DNA of 64,000 bases from Octopus vulgaris (lineage: Eukaryota). The stretch covers positions 26,288,001 to 26,352,000 of the forward strand of contig OX597819.1 of NCBI GenBank assembly GCA_951406725.2, read 5' to 3'. Of the stretch, positions 1 to 14,820 are shown piece by piece. Positions within the stretch are counted from its first letter, which is position 1, and the number at the start of each line of letters is the position of its first letter. A model generated the notes under the pieces. It was not told the origin of the DNA. It saw only the letters and a list, made by a program, of their open reading frames with translations, and did not search any database. The position numbers and the translations under genes were made by a program.

Positions 1-1858
1 TGAGCAGCCGTTTCAGCACCCAGTCATAGTGTTGTAGGAGCTGAGTTAAACAGCTTCTCCCTGGTCGGAAACCATGTTGGGTGTCGGGCAGCAAGTCATT
101 CTCTTCAAGGAAGGTGATCAGCTTCCTTCTGACTATTCGTTCCATGACCTTGCTGATGTGTGAGGTCAGAGAGATAGGTCTATAGTTCTTGGCTTCCGCT
201 CTGCTACCTCCTTTATGAATGGGGCATATTTTACCTTCCTTCAGTTTTCCTGGAAGTTTGCCAGCTGCAAGGAAGCTCTGAAAGAGGAACTGCAGTGGTC
301 TTGCTAGGACTCTCTTACATGCTTTTAGGAGGATTGCCGGGAATCCATCGGGGCCAGTAGCTGAGTCTGTTTTCATTTCATCTATAGCCTTGGTTACATC
401 GTCTTCCTTTATATCGATGTAATCTATCGTCGCCGCCTCTGATTTTATATCTGCAGTGGTAAAAAAGTCAGTTGGATTGGTGATTTGGAGATGCCCAAGG
501 GGTGGAGTGAAAACACTCTTGAATTGCTCATTCAGTATTTCACTTACCCTCATTGGTTTTCCTGTAAGTGTGCCATCCTTTTCAAGGAGTGGCCCTATTC
601 TACAGTGCACTGTAGCTGTTTCTTTGGCATACCTGTAGAAAGCTCTGGGGTTAGATTTTATGTTTTCTATAGCCCAGGCTTCTTTGTCTGCTCTTTCTTT
701 TTCATGGGAGAGTTGCAGACATTTTTCGATTTCCAACAGTTTTATTTTTAGGCGGGACTTTTCACTGCTTTCAATCTGTTTGTTTAGGCGATTTGAAAAT
801 TTCGTACGCCGTCTCATTAAAATTTTCCTCTCTCTGGGGATTTTGTTCTTGTGTACAGTGGCCTTTCTCTCTGGGACACATTTGTAGCATATGGCTTGCA
901 TTACAGACATGAATTGTTGAAGTTTCACGTCGATGTCTGGCGAGGAGAGACATTTAGGCCAGTTTTGTTTGAGGATCTCTTTCTCAATTTGTTTCCAGTT
1001 TGCCTTATGGTAGTTCAAGCTGGAAAGATTTTGAGGGTTTCTTGTAGGCTGAATGTTCGTGCTCTCTTTTGGCCCGTACATGGTCAGCTCTATCATGTTG
1101 TGATCCGAGAGTAGTGTCGGTGTCACTTTCACATTATGGATGAGATCCATGTCATTTGTGAAGCAGAGATCCAGTGTGTTACCTGCCCTGGTTGGTTGGA
1201 GTATTACCTGCTCCATGTACAGGGTGTTGATGAGGTTCAGGAGGGACCTCGCCTGTCCTCGTTCACATCTTGTCATTCCTGGGAGAGAAAGGCCCTCGGG
1301 CCATCTGACATTGGGCAGATTGAAGTCTCCCATAAGAAGCACACCTATGTGTTGTTCTAATGTGGTTAGAATTTCTTCTATTTTTATAAGGCAGTCTTCA
1401 AACTTGCCCACATGGCTTGGGGCATCTGGAGGGCGATATGTAGCACACACAACTACATCAAGTTGCCTAATATGTACAATTAGTGTGTCACACACCGAGT
1501 TTGAGTATGACAAGAGGACCTGGGGTGTGAGGTCCTCACGGATGTACATAGCAACACCTCCATGACTCCTTTCTTTCCTGTCGGTCCGTAGTACAGCATA
1601 CTGTGGTATGTGTAACTCCGCATCTGCTATGTCCGGTTTCAGGTGCGTTTCTGTAAGTGCTATGCATAAGGCTTGATTGCATGCAACAAAGTCTCTCAGG
1701 AACGGGATCTTTGTCCTGTTACTGAGTGTTTGCAGTCCTCTGATGTTCAGTAGGAGTATCGAGGTGAGGTGTACGTTGTTGCCGGCGGTGTCCATCCTGT
1801 GTCTGTTTGCTGTGGTGGTCTGGTATATAGTGGGTAGTCCCACCTGCGGGCTTGGGTT

Positions 1859-1860
<2 letters not shown>
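1..1860 (-). mobile_element. 5'-truncated CR1-like non-LTR retrotransposon abutting a (TA)n tract
   Basis: Contains ORF2 above. About 65 bp upstream of the ATG it ends abruptly at (TA)n 1861-1908. A different-frame ORF tail (..WTPPATTYTSPRYSY*, stop at 1747) overlaps the ORF2 start, consistent with an ORF1 C-terminus. Confidence 0.88.
2..1795 (-). CDS. CR1-clade LINE ORF2, N-terminal part (APE endonuclease + start of reverse transcriptase); continues past the left window edge
   Basis: Hand translation from ATG at 1795 gives 598 codons with no stop: MDTAGNNVHLTSILLLNIRGL..ALTETHL..RTDR..HGGVAMYI..YRPP..MGDFNLP..PTRAGNTLDLCFTN..SDHNMI (APE motifs), then NPRAFYRYAK, GPDGFPAILLK, NYRPISLTSHISKVMERIV, QHGFRPGRSCLTQLL (RT N-terminal motifs). 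It is missing from the ORF track, probably because it has no stop inside the window. Confidence 0.93.
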   Translation of the reverse strand, partial: MDTAGNNVHLTSILLLNIRGLQTLSNRTKIPFLRDFVACNQALCIALTETHLKPDIADAELHIPQYAVLRTDRKERSHGGVAMYIREDLTPQVLLSYSNSVCDTLIVHIRQLDVVVCATYRPPDAPSHVGKFEDCLIKIEEILTTLEQHIGVLLMGDFNLPNVRWPEGLSLPGMTRCERGQARSLLNLINTLYMEQVILQPTRAGNTLDLCFTNDMDLIHNVKVTPTLLSDHNMIELTMYGPKESTNIQPTRNPQNLSSLNYHKANWKQIEKEILKQNWPKCLSSPDIDVKLQQFMSVMQAICYKCVPERKATVHKNKIPRERKILMRRRTKFSNRLNKQIESSEKSRLKIKLLEIEKCLQLSHEKERADKEAWAIENIKSNPRAFYRYAKETATVHCRIGPLLEKDGTLTGKPMRVSEILNEQFKSVFTPPLGHLQITNPTDFFTTADIKSEAATIDYIDIKEDDVTKAIDEMKTDSATGPDGFPAILLKACKRVLARPLQFLFQSFLAAGKLPGKLKEGKICPIHKGGSRAEAKNYRPISLTSHISKVMERIVRRKLITFLEENDLLPDTQHGFRPGRSCLTQLLQHYDWVLKRLL

Positions 1861-1908
<48 letters not shown>

Positions 1909-1911
<3 letters not shown>

Positions 1912-2253
1912 CAAAATACGCAACAAGGATATCCAGAGGTAATGCTGTACGATCGTTTCATGCGACTCCATTTAATTGAACAATGCAATAATTTTCATGA
2001 CATCAATTTAAAATGTAGAGGAATCTTCAGCTGTACAAAGACATAGAATTTAATTAAATTAGAAGGACATTTAATTTAATTAAATTAATTAGAAGGACAT
2101 TTCATCTAATTAAATTATATGTCTTTGTGCAGCTAAAGATTGCTCTACATTTTAAATTGACGTAATGAAATGATTGCATTGTTCAGTTAAATGGAGTCGC
2201 ATGAGACGATCGTACTGCATTATCTCTGGATATCCTTGTTGCTTATTTTGATT
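1909..2253. repeat. Long imperfect inverted repeat (arms ~150 bp, short AT-rich spacer with a duplicated aattagaaggacattt unit)
   Basis: The left arm aatcaaaatacgcaacaaggatatccagagg... matches the reverse complement of the right arm ...ctctggatatccttgttgcttattttgatt, with scattered mismatches. Confidence 0.92.
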
Positions 2254-2334
2254 TTAATCACTTTATTTTGAAATTGTTTGGAAAATACTATACTAAATTC
2301 TGGCGCCTCAACTTAAGCACCATATTAATCTGAA

Positions 2335-2886
<552 letters not shown>

Positions 2887-3499
2887 ATATACATACATTG
2901 GCTGATCCAATTCACCGTGTCTCTGGAGATTCCCCGACGTCTAGCTAAATAATTAGACAGAAGAAAATTGAAGATTAAATAAAACAAGTCATTTCCACAG
3001 CTGTAGAATAGCCGAAGCATGGTTTAATCATTGCAATGCTGATTCTAGTTTAGCGTAAGATAAGCGGAGTAATATAGTATCAAGTTTAGCGTACAATATG
3101 CAGAATATCAGAACATTAGATTGCATCATAATACAGGAAAGATTTTAGACGTACATCATCAGAGATTGCATGGATGTGTCAAAAGGTGGAAATTCATTAA
3201 TATTTCACTAGTTTAACTCCGTTTGACGAATCACATAGAAGACGAGTTAACTCCACACCAAGACAGAACTGGAGGAAGAGAAATAAAATACTATATTCTA
3301 GTTTAGAATCGAGCACTTTTCTTGTGTCGTTAACGTCAAGCGTAAAATACATCAAGAAATATACAGTTATTCATACCATACATGAATAAGATATTTACTA
3401 AAATAAAGAAAGAAATAGATGAGTAGAAATGATACGTAAACGAGGTAAAAATAACCTACATGAAGAAAGAATCGAGAAAGGTCACAGGAGTGAAATACA

Positions 3500-3530
<31 letters not shown>

Positions 3531-5247
3531 TAGATAGATAGGTAGATATAGCAATAGAAACTAATGGAAACATAAGAATGTATACGGATACATACTCTTC
3601 GATTCACACGCATTAACGCGCATTCATACTCATGTAACACATTCACATAGGTTTTAACACTCAAGAAGTAAGACGAGGGAATTGTTATGACAAAGTGTAA
3701 GGTAATTTAGTGAAGCTTAAGTAATTTATTAATATTGAGAAATCATAGTTTTCTGTTGATGTTGTGTATTGGGTGAGTTAGGGAGGGGACGTAGCATAAG
3801 AGCAAAGGACAGAAAGAAAAACAAGTGTAATAAAAGATGTAACAGTCCTTGAGATCGCTGAGTGTATAAAGCGTAAAACAGTAATCAACCAACCAGATGA
3901 TGAATGTTTTTGAGAGTAACGTCTTACTCTGTGTGTGTGTGAGGTTAAGAAATTCTTGTATATTTTCTGCCGTTCTAATAGGCGTATACACAAATATATT
4001 CATTGATAGATGATTGTAGGAAAATGTATTCTCAGACTAATTAATGTATTCGGTGCTTTAAGTAGTAGTTATTGGGGGTGGTATATAGCTCTGTAAATTT
4101 GTTTCAATCCTTCCTTTTCCTTTTTAGAGGAAAAATGGAAGGAAAAGTCAGTGGGGTTTATGTAGGTATAATTTGGCAAAGAATAAACGCACAAATGAAT
4201 ATATGCGTGTGTGTATGTGTGTTTGCAGAATACATACACGACACTGTAAAACAAACTAGATTTTTTTTTAAATCATGGCAAACACAAACTCACCACGGGT
4301 GTTTCTACAAGGAGATCGGGAAATGCAATAGAAATTTAATCTGTATCTTATCGGGATTTTGAGTTCAACATCTTAGCAACGACAAACCAAATCTATTTAG
4401 CCATCTGTGTCTCCATAAATGAACGTTGCAAACTCTCAGTAACTATAGCGTCGGATACAATGCGTTGCGATATTTTTTTACCAATTCTCTATACTTTTCA
4501 AACGTTCCGCCGAGATCAATATTGCCATTTTTCTCTGGGCACGATATAAAATTGTACGAAACCAGTGTGAATGGTGGATTAGTCAAATTATTAGCGACGG
4601 TGTGATAACTTTCGATGTTAACTCCGACAGGAGCGCCAAGATCTGTGCTTACGTTTCTCTTGCGTAACATCAATGGTGTGGAGTAGAAATATTGTAAGTC
4701 ATGGACAATCGCTAGTCTTCCACAATAATACTTGTTCAAGTATATGCGTTAAAGAACTTTGCCGTAGAGTAAATCTAGTGTCAGTCATGATCGACCAACA
4801 TACGATGATGATAGAAAGACAAAGACCGAATGAATATGTTAGTAATTGAATATTTGCTTTATTTATAAACAGGTACCGATTCCAAAACACTGGTCGTTGA
4901 GTCGCTATAATATGAACAATTCCACAGTGCGAATACCAGCCAAAACGTTGGGAGATCATCAAAAGCATGCATATCATACGATGTTCATAGAGTTACATCA
5001 TACCCTGCGATTAAATTGTACATGGACATAAAAGCACTTATTTGTCACAAGGCTACAAAAAATTTGTCACACTTCTAGGGTTTTAGCTTTTTCACTATTT
5101 CGAAAAAAGATAATTCAGATAATATATTTGCCGACAATCAGCATACGAATATAAATTAACAATTCTCAGCCGCTTATGATTCATGATGTAGATTTTTTTC
5201 AAATGAGGTAAAGTAAAACCCGGGCATCTCTCTGCGACACCAAAGCG

Positions 5248-6950
<1,703 letters not shown>

Positions 6951-7879
6951 ATGCAATTGTTTTCTTTTAAACTGTGTATCTTTAAATCAGTATCTGCTTT
7001 CCTGTTCTAAAACCATGCTACCCTTATATAGGTGAACAGAATTCTGAGAATTATAATCGACAGCGAACCAAAGAATGCATTTTATCTACATTGGCAAATA
7101 TGATTTCAAAATATTTAAATTCAAATATAATTTAACTGCAAATTTCAGCTTCACGTTCTCATATTATGAAATGTTTCTGGTCATCACTATATTTTCTTTC
7201 AGAAAAGTCAGCGTTATATGTAATATAGTTATAAATAAAGGTTTGTATATAAAGTAATTTGCACAGAATCCCCAAGGACCCTCTTTAATTTCTTTACTTT
7301 CTTACGAACTAAACCTTAACCTTAGAATATGTTAGCAATTGATTAGCGTCAAGCATAGCATGTGTACTGCATAGAAGGTAATAAATCTTCAAGAAATAAA
7401 ACTACGTTTGCTTAACAGCATGTAATTTGTGATTAAAAAAAAGCGAGAAGCCAATTTTCTATGATACGAACCAAATACAGGTTTTCACTATATTAACCTA
7501 ACTACTTTTAGATTAACCTGACTTATCATTATTGGCATATCAGTACGTGCCGGGAAATTACTACCTCCAAAACGGAAATATAGAAAATGCAATATTGATA
7601 TTCTTCATTCTCTCTGCTATTTCATTCTCTTGACTATGTTTCGATCATCTAATTTTTCTGAACAAGACCGAAGGAACAAGACAACAAGAAAATAAACAAT
7701 AAAGATTTTTTTTTTTTACATAGATGTTGCTTTTTGGACTTAATTGCGATCTCCTAAATATAGATGTTTGATTAGATGGAATGTTTTCAAGATATCTGAT
7801 AGCAGGATGAAATCCACATTTTGATCATATACGTTTGGCGGTCTTTAGAAGCATAAGATGAAAAAATGTCATATATAGA

Positions 7880-8047
7880 TATACATATGTGTGTGTGTGT
7901 GTCCATTTATGTATGTGTGTGTTATGTAAATATGCATTTATTTACATGTATGCAAATGTACGTATGCATACATATGTTTATATGTACACTAATAAGTACA
8001 TATATAATATATGTATATATATATATATATATACGTATATATGTATG

Positions 8048-8112
<65 letters not shown>

Positions 8113-8289
8113 ACATGTATGTATACATATTCAATCAACTCACCTTCACTAAAGACAATTTAATGCATATAGTCTTGTCAAAAGTGAATGACTAGTGAGT
8201 GAAAACAATTTTCTCCCTCTATCGCTTTCTCTAACTCTCTCTCTCTCAGGCACTCACACGCATTCACACAAACACGCGCGCGCGCGCAA

Positions 8290-8341
<52 letters not shown>

Positions 8342-8346
8342 GAATA

Positions 8347-8397
<51 letters not shown>

Positions 8398-8410
8398 ACA
8401 CACACACATA
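7880..8410. repeat. Cluster of (TG)n, (TA)n, (CG)n and (CA)n microsatellites
   Basis: Direct reading. Confidence 0.9.
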
Positions 8411-10662
8411 CAGGCTCATATATACAAACGAAATAAAATGTTACTCAATACAGGGTGCTGCGATTTTGTCAATCTGAAATAAGAAAATCTCATAAAACTA
8501 CATCTGCGTGAGAGATGAGGACGAGTCTTTCATTTACACAAAGGTAACGATTAATTAGTATTTAGTGTATATCATTTAATAAACCAGGATTCTCCGTGAA
8601 TCGTAATTTCGAATGCCTATTTTTCACAATTTAGGTGAATTAACATTATTCTGTAGACTGGGTAAATAGAAATAATCAGCGTATCATCTGTTCTGGTACG
8701 ATTCTTCCGTTCTTCGCTGTTCCTTCTTTAGATTAGATTATTGAAGATTGGTCACGCAATATGCATGTGATGCTGCACGGGGTTCCAGTTTCGATTTTTT
8801 ACAATTTTCCTTGCGTTGCAGACGGGCTTCCCGGCATGATTATTTGTTCTTCCTTGCTCAAAACAATTTCTTCAAAATCAAAAATCAAAAAGAGAAAAAA
8901 AATTGACCAGCAAAGACTTCCAGCGTGGAATTTATTGACCCAAATTAATGAAATGCTGCTGGAGAGAGTCAATGATAAGAGCTTTTAGGGGAAAACCGGC
9001 GTCGGATTGAATAAGGGCAGGATTGTTTGTAGGTCAAGGGCGAATATAAAAAAACTGAATCAAATGTAATATCTATTGAGCCAATAAGGCATACTGCATC
9101 TTCCCATCACCTACTAAAAACGTAGCCAAATTTCTTTCCATGCATACTCTATCATTGGAAAAGTGGCCAAAATTAGATAAGTAGTTTTGCATGAAGTCTA
9201 TCCTTTTCCAACATTAATTACTACTTTGGAACACCTTATATCGGGGTTTGATGAATAAGAGAAGACTTGGGCATAACAACAGAAACATAAGAATGACGGC
9301 AGCAAATATGGAAAGCTTCATGCGATCGCTCAGACTACTAAGAAATAGCTGACACAACTCCTTCCAATCATTATTTACTGCCTTTAATCAAACGTTGATT
9401 AGATAATGTAGTTTTTCGAAACATAAAATAATAAAATCAAATGATTCTTTAACACTAAATATATCTTAGCGATTTTAAAACCGAATCAACGAGAGAATAC
9501 AATTTCAGTTTTATCAAATAGAATTTTGGCATTTCACTCGAACAGAAATGGTTATCATTTCCATTAGTTTTTTTTTTTTTTATTTTAATGTTCATTAGCT
9601 TTCCCTCTATAAAAAGTATCTTATCTAATACATTTAACAAATATTTTCTATTTCTTTCTAATCCCTATTCAAGACTGATTTTAAAAATTTCAATTTCAAA
9701 AATATCAATTCCTTGAATGCTCATAAAAATTTGAAGCAACCAGCACCCAATTACCAAACCATTTGTTATATATTGTATTAAAGTCTTTATCATATAAACT
9801 TTGTACCAATCAATATATTACAATTTTGTTGACTGCGAAATGAGAGTGTGCGTAAATAGTAGTCCATACAGTTTTAATAAATTTGGATTTTTTTAATATA
9901 CATATTGACAAATGTTTATCGAGACACTATAATTGTTTCAGGCAGTCGTTCTTGCCAATTTAATTCAAAATAAATGGTAAGCATTTATTCAGTTAGTGTA
10001 AGCAATTTTATTATTTGCAAACACAAGATTCATTTTTCTCTTAAAGTAAAAACTAAAATTATTTGACCAGACAAACTGCATGAAGACTAAAGGATGCAGC
10101 AGCTGTTATTCATATATATTACCTTATGAATAGTAAATAATGTTTGCTGTCATTGATAGGAAAATAAAGCAAAAATACCAATTCCTGTGTAGGGAATGAC
10201 TATAGCAGTTTTACTATTTGATTTCAAGCAAAATAACGTAAGCTGCAAATATTTTATGAAAATAATAAAAATAAAATCATTCACAAAAAAGAAAAAAAAA
10301 ATACAGTTTGTTTTCTTAAATTCCTTCCACATTTTCCGCAAAAAGAATTAATCTGAACTCTTCGTTAGAAAAAAATAAAAATTCAATATTTGATTTTTCG
10401 TAAAAAAAAAAAAAAGAATCCATTCCAATTTCAAATATTAGAAGTAGCTTTCTATGATTGAGCTTAACGTTTAAAATTAACTGGTTGTTTGTGTAAACCG
10501 CGTTTTCTTGTACTGACGTCATCGTTGCATACATTCTTAAAAGGTCTGTAAACAATATTTTAAGTAAGAAATCATACTGTACTTCAATGACAATCACACA
10601 AAAAACACCAGCTACAGAATTCAACGCACAATCGGTTCCTACTTGATGTTGTTATATTCTGC

Positions 10663-10897
10663 TGGCAGAAACGTTAGTAATCTGGGCGAAATGCGTAGCC
10701 GTATTTCGTCTGTCGTTACGTTCCCAGTTCAAATTCCGCCGAAGTCGACTTTGCCTTTCATCCTTTCGGGGTCGATAAATTAAGTACCAGTTACACGCTG
10801 AGGTCGATATAATCGACTTAATCGACTTAATCCGTTTGTCTGTCCTTGTTTGCCCCTCCACCCCTGTGTTTAGCCCCTTGTGGGTAGTAAAGAAATA
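10663..10897 (+). mobile_element. tRNA-derived SINE family A, slightly 5'-truncated, with a 10-bp TSD
   Basis: Has tggcagaaacgttag (A-box-like), gttcaaattcc (B-box-like) and central gtcgactttgcctttcatcctttcggggtcgataaattaagtacc (resembles the Meta-SINE domain; from memory, unverified). TSD tatattctgc at 10653-10662 and 10898-10907. Many copies in the window. Confidence 0.88.
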
Positions 10898-10907
10898 TAT
10901 ATTCTGC

Positions 10908-11870
10908 GGCAGACGGGAGACGAGAGGTCACCGATGGGCGGACCCGGTCGCTTTTAGACTCGTCCCGCCTCCGTGCTCGCGGTCGCCTTTCGAAACAGCT
11001 GCGACGAACTGCGTCCGGACTGCGGTCAAAGAGCGAGTGCGATGACGGTGGTCGCCGGCGTCGGCCGCAACGACGACGCGCCAAGGTGGAGATTCTGTGA
11101 TGACAAGCGCGGATAATGACGGGACAGCGCCCCGAGACGAGGAGCAACGGGACGATGCTCGTCACGGTGGCGATACAGCGACACCCGGATTTGAAGCCAC
11201 GGTTCTTTCCGGGCAGGGACAGACGGCACCGCTCTCTTTAGGTGACGCCGCGTCGCCTGTGGCGGACCGAGAAGCAACGACTAGCCCATCCGCTGCGCCG
11301 GCGGCGAGGCGACACGAGGTCAGCGGCGTAACCTGATGGGTTCCTCGGCTACGAAGAGAAAACGAAGACAAGGTCGGGTGTCGGAGGCGAGGAAAGACGC
11401 GCGAGAAAGTGGAAACGAAAAGAAAAAAAACGTTCGATTGCGAAAGGACGGACGAACGGATCGGCGGCGGATGCCGGCGGACAAGCGAGCGAAGATGCCG
11501 AAGCGCACGACGACAGCGACGGCGAGGTTACTCGTCTAAAGGCGGGCGGGGCAGCGGCGGAAGTCGGGGAGGCACCGGCCGCGTAGTGTCGATCACGCAC
11601 CGGTGAGCGTGGGGCTACCCGTTGGCAGAAAGGAGCGATGAGAACATCCCTTCGAGACGGTCACCTATTCCGATCAGCAACAACTCTACATAGTAGTCTG
11701 GAACCCCTTGGGGTGCGACGGTCACCTAGAGCGTGACTATCAAGCGTTGTCCGACCCGTAAATTTACGGGTCGGACCACGTCGCTGTATCGACCGCGTGG
11801 ATCTCCCGACGTGGGCTGTTGCATCTCCAGCTAGGCCTTTCGCTGATACCATTAAAGCCAAAGTGACTTC
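10908..11870. other. CpG-rich, GC-rich island with sharp edges; possibly a dispersed fragment of rDNA spacer (IGS/5'ETS)
   Basis: Abrupt composition change, very dense CpG, no recognisable ORF, a perfect 28-bp palindrome at 11749-11776 and a Pol I initiator-like motif on the minus strand at ~11674-11704. The composition is seen directly; the identity is inference. Confidence 0.4.
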
Positions 11871-13171
11871 AAGCTTTAAGAGTTTCGTTTACGCATCATT
11901 TCATATGGGAAATGATTCTTTCTTGCGTCAGCTTTTAGGTTTTGCCGATTAAAAATGATATATGTGTGTATTTGTGTACATATATAAATGTGCGTTTATT
12001 TGTATACTTATGTATATACGCATGCATTTGCATGCACGTATATATCGGGTAATATTAACATATTCATTCATCCAGTTTGTCCATTTAAATTTAAGTATAA
12101 GATTTGATGGTTACCAGTACATGCGTACTTAGAAGAATTCTATTTTGTTATACATCATACATTCACAATGGCTTCGGATTACACACCTAAATATAGCCTA
12201 ACATACAACAACAATCTGCATGCATATACTAGAAAATTTGAATAGTGGGTAGAAATCAATAAATTGTCTATAATGACAGGAAATAAACAGTGTTTGAATA
12301 ATCCCTTAATGCGATAGAAGAGGAAAATTTCATCAAACAAGTATGTATGTGTTTATGTCAGCATGCGTTTATGTCACCGTCTATATATATTCTCATATAG
12401 GTGTATGCATATGTGTGCGTGCAGATGTTTGCGTGTTTCTTATTAAAACTGTTCATCCATGGAAGAAGAGCCAGTTTCTAGCGCGGGAAAAAGGGTTTTC
12501 ATTCGAAATTAGGCAACACCAATTAAGTTACCATATGATTATTTGTTTGTATATGTGAGTGTGTGTGTGTGTTCATACATGTATTTCATTCATGAATTTA
12601 CATATATGTTCACAAGGATACATATATATATTTTTACAACCATACATGAGTAGAAACTTGGATATTATTGCATAAGTCGCCTGGATGTGATAATTAATAT
12701 TGGTTACTAAGGCTGCTTGCGCTGCTGACACCTATTTTATACATATACACAACCCGCCAGCTCTTCACGATATCACTTAGTTTTACTAGTGTTCTTAAAC
12801 TATAACAGTTTCGTGGATTTTCGGTGTGTGCATGTGTATTACGTGGATTTACGTATAGTTTCTGTGTAGCAAATGTCCTCACAAACCTTTCGTTGAACCA
12901 AGACTACATAAAAAGGAAAAAGCTACGGCCTACTGGGGACATATAAAAGATAAAATTTTGACATCCACAGCTATTTGCTAACAAAGGTTATTTTACTTTA
13001 AAATCTATCGATATATCTTTTAGTGCACACATTTGAAAGAGGTTCATGACATTTTGTCACTATGTTAAACATTTCCAGTGTATCTGTGATCTGAAGACAC
13101 ATGTGCAGAATAATAGACCATCTCGTATCACCCTTTTTCTCTCGTAGTTTTCCCTTTTCTTGTTCTCTCTC

Positions 13172-13215
<44 letters not shown>

Positions 13216-13271
13216 AGGGAGATCTTGTCTGTTTGTTTGTCCAGCAAAATTATAATAAATGGTTCATGGGA

Positions 13272-13372
13272 AGTACCAGTTACTCACTGGGATCGATGGA
13301 ATCGACTTAATCCCTTTGTCTGTCCTTGTTTGTCCCCTCTGTGTTTAGCCCCTTGTGGGTAGTAAAGAAATA
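13272..13372 (+). mobile_element. SINE family A, 3' fragment
   Basis: agtaccagttactcactgggatcgat...tagccccttgtgggtagtaaagaaata matches the 3' half of 10663-10897. Confidence 0.85.
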
Positions 13373-13659
13373 TATATTCACATTCATCTTAACTGCTCTT
13401 TCTCTACTTTTATCCTCTTTCTTCAACTTCTTATCACAATCCGACCATTACCAATTCCCACAGATGTACAAAAAAGTCAATACCTACGCAACTTCCTCTC
13501 CTCTCATTCAGTAAGGATGCACCAAAAATTTCTCTCTCTTTCTTTCTCTCTCTACCCCACCCTTCTGTCTGTCTGCTTCTCTGTCTGTCTGTCTATATAC
13601 TTTTTCTATATATATAAAATCTAAATTCTGTCTCTTTCTTTCTACGGCAAAATAAAAGT

Positions 13660-14069
13660 ACCTGGTTCAGGGGAAGTTATTATGCTATTGCCTAATTTCT
13701 CTGAAGAAAATTTATGCAATGGTATAACACTAATTGTGCAGAGATTCACGAGGAACTGCACTGAGGCAAATATTCTCACTGGTTGTGGTTACGGTGACGC
13801 CGTCATCTTTCCTCGCATACCAGTTATACAATCTAACGTCCCATTCCAATTTGCAGCTTCCTATCCCACTTTCTTTTGCTATGAGCATTAATAAAACTCA
13901 GTGCCAAACACTAAAAGTTGCTGGGTTGCAACTTGAAGAACTAAACATTTCACATGACCAAATTTATGTAGGAGCATCACATATAGGAGCAACAGCAATG
14001 TTTTTTCCTTATGTACCCCGAAATAAAACAAAAACATTGTTTAATAAGAAATATTCCCTCTCAATGTAA
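13660..14069 (+). pseudogene. Helitron RepHel Pif1-type helicase, C-terminal remnant (frameshifted)
   Basis: IMLLPNFSEENLCNGITLIV..EANILTGCGYGDAVIFPRIPVIQSNVPFQF, then in another frame QLPIPLSFAMSINKTQCQTLKVAGLQLEE..SHDQIYVGASHIG. This matches the Pif1 motifs LCNGTRL, FPRIP, FAMTINKSQGQ and HGQLYVA. Confidence 0.9.
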
Positions 14070-14641
14070 CATGAATACTTCAATAACTTAATTTGCCATT
14101 ACTGTAATTACATTCAAAATTTACTAAGTTATCTATTTTAATGAACTGTGTTATAAAATTGCCATTACTGTATTGATAAATAAAATGACACGTAGAACTC
14201 ATTTCTTATTGTCATATAAAAACAAACAGAAGTTAGTGTATGAATTCCATTTTTCTACTTCAATTATTACATGATTTTTCTCTTATGTAATACACACATA
14301 CAGGAGGAGTAAATCTAAATCTGTAGTGATAGTCTCACCATGGCTCAGATTGGAAACTTTATGTAGGAGCATCACAAAAGCAAATCTTGTTACTTATGCG
14401 CCCCGGAATAAAACAAAAACCATTGTTTATAGAGAAATATTCACTCATAATCAGGCATGAATACTTCAATAACTTAATTTGCCATTACTATCATTACATT
14501 CAAGAATGAAATCCATCTTTTTTCTGCTTCAATTATTACATATTCTCTTATAAAATACACACACACAGGAGGTTCATGTACGAAATTGATCCTTTTCCTA
14601 CTTCAATTATTATATATTTTTCTTATATAGATTACACACAA

Positions 14642-14788
14642 AGGCGTAAGAGTAGCTGTGTGGTAAGTAGCTTGCATACCAACCACATGGTTGTGGGTTC
14701 CGTCCCACTGCGTGACAGCCTTGGGCCGACCAAAGCCTTGTGAGTGGATTTGGTAGACGGAAACTTAAAGAAGCCCGTCGTATATATG

Positions 14789-14820
<32 letters not shown>

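Noticed and set aside
456-1565. Plus-strand ORFs of 60-141 aa
   Set aside because: Antisense shadows of the CR1 ORF2 on the minus strand.
4443-5031. Minus-strand ORFs of 92-98 aa in unique sequence as host exons
   Set aside because: No recognisable motif or consistent splice-site frame; cannot be supported without a homology search.
11690-11712. GTTCCAGACTA (minus) as a group I intron R/P7 element
   Set aside because: No matching S element or other core pairings were found by eye.
10827-11861. Many overlapping Arg/Ala-rich ORFs in the GC island
   Set aside because: Short, in all frames and with no recognisable domain; expected from high GC content.
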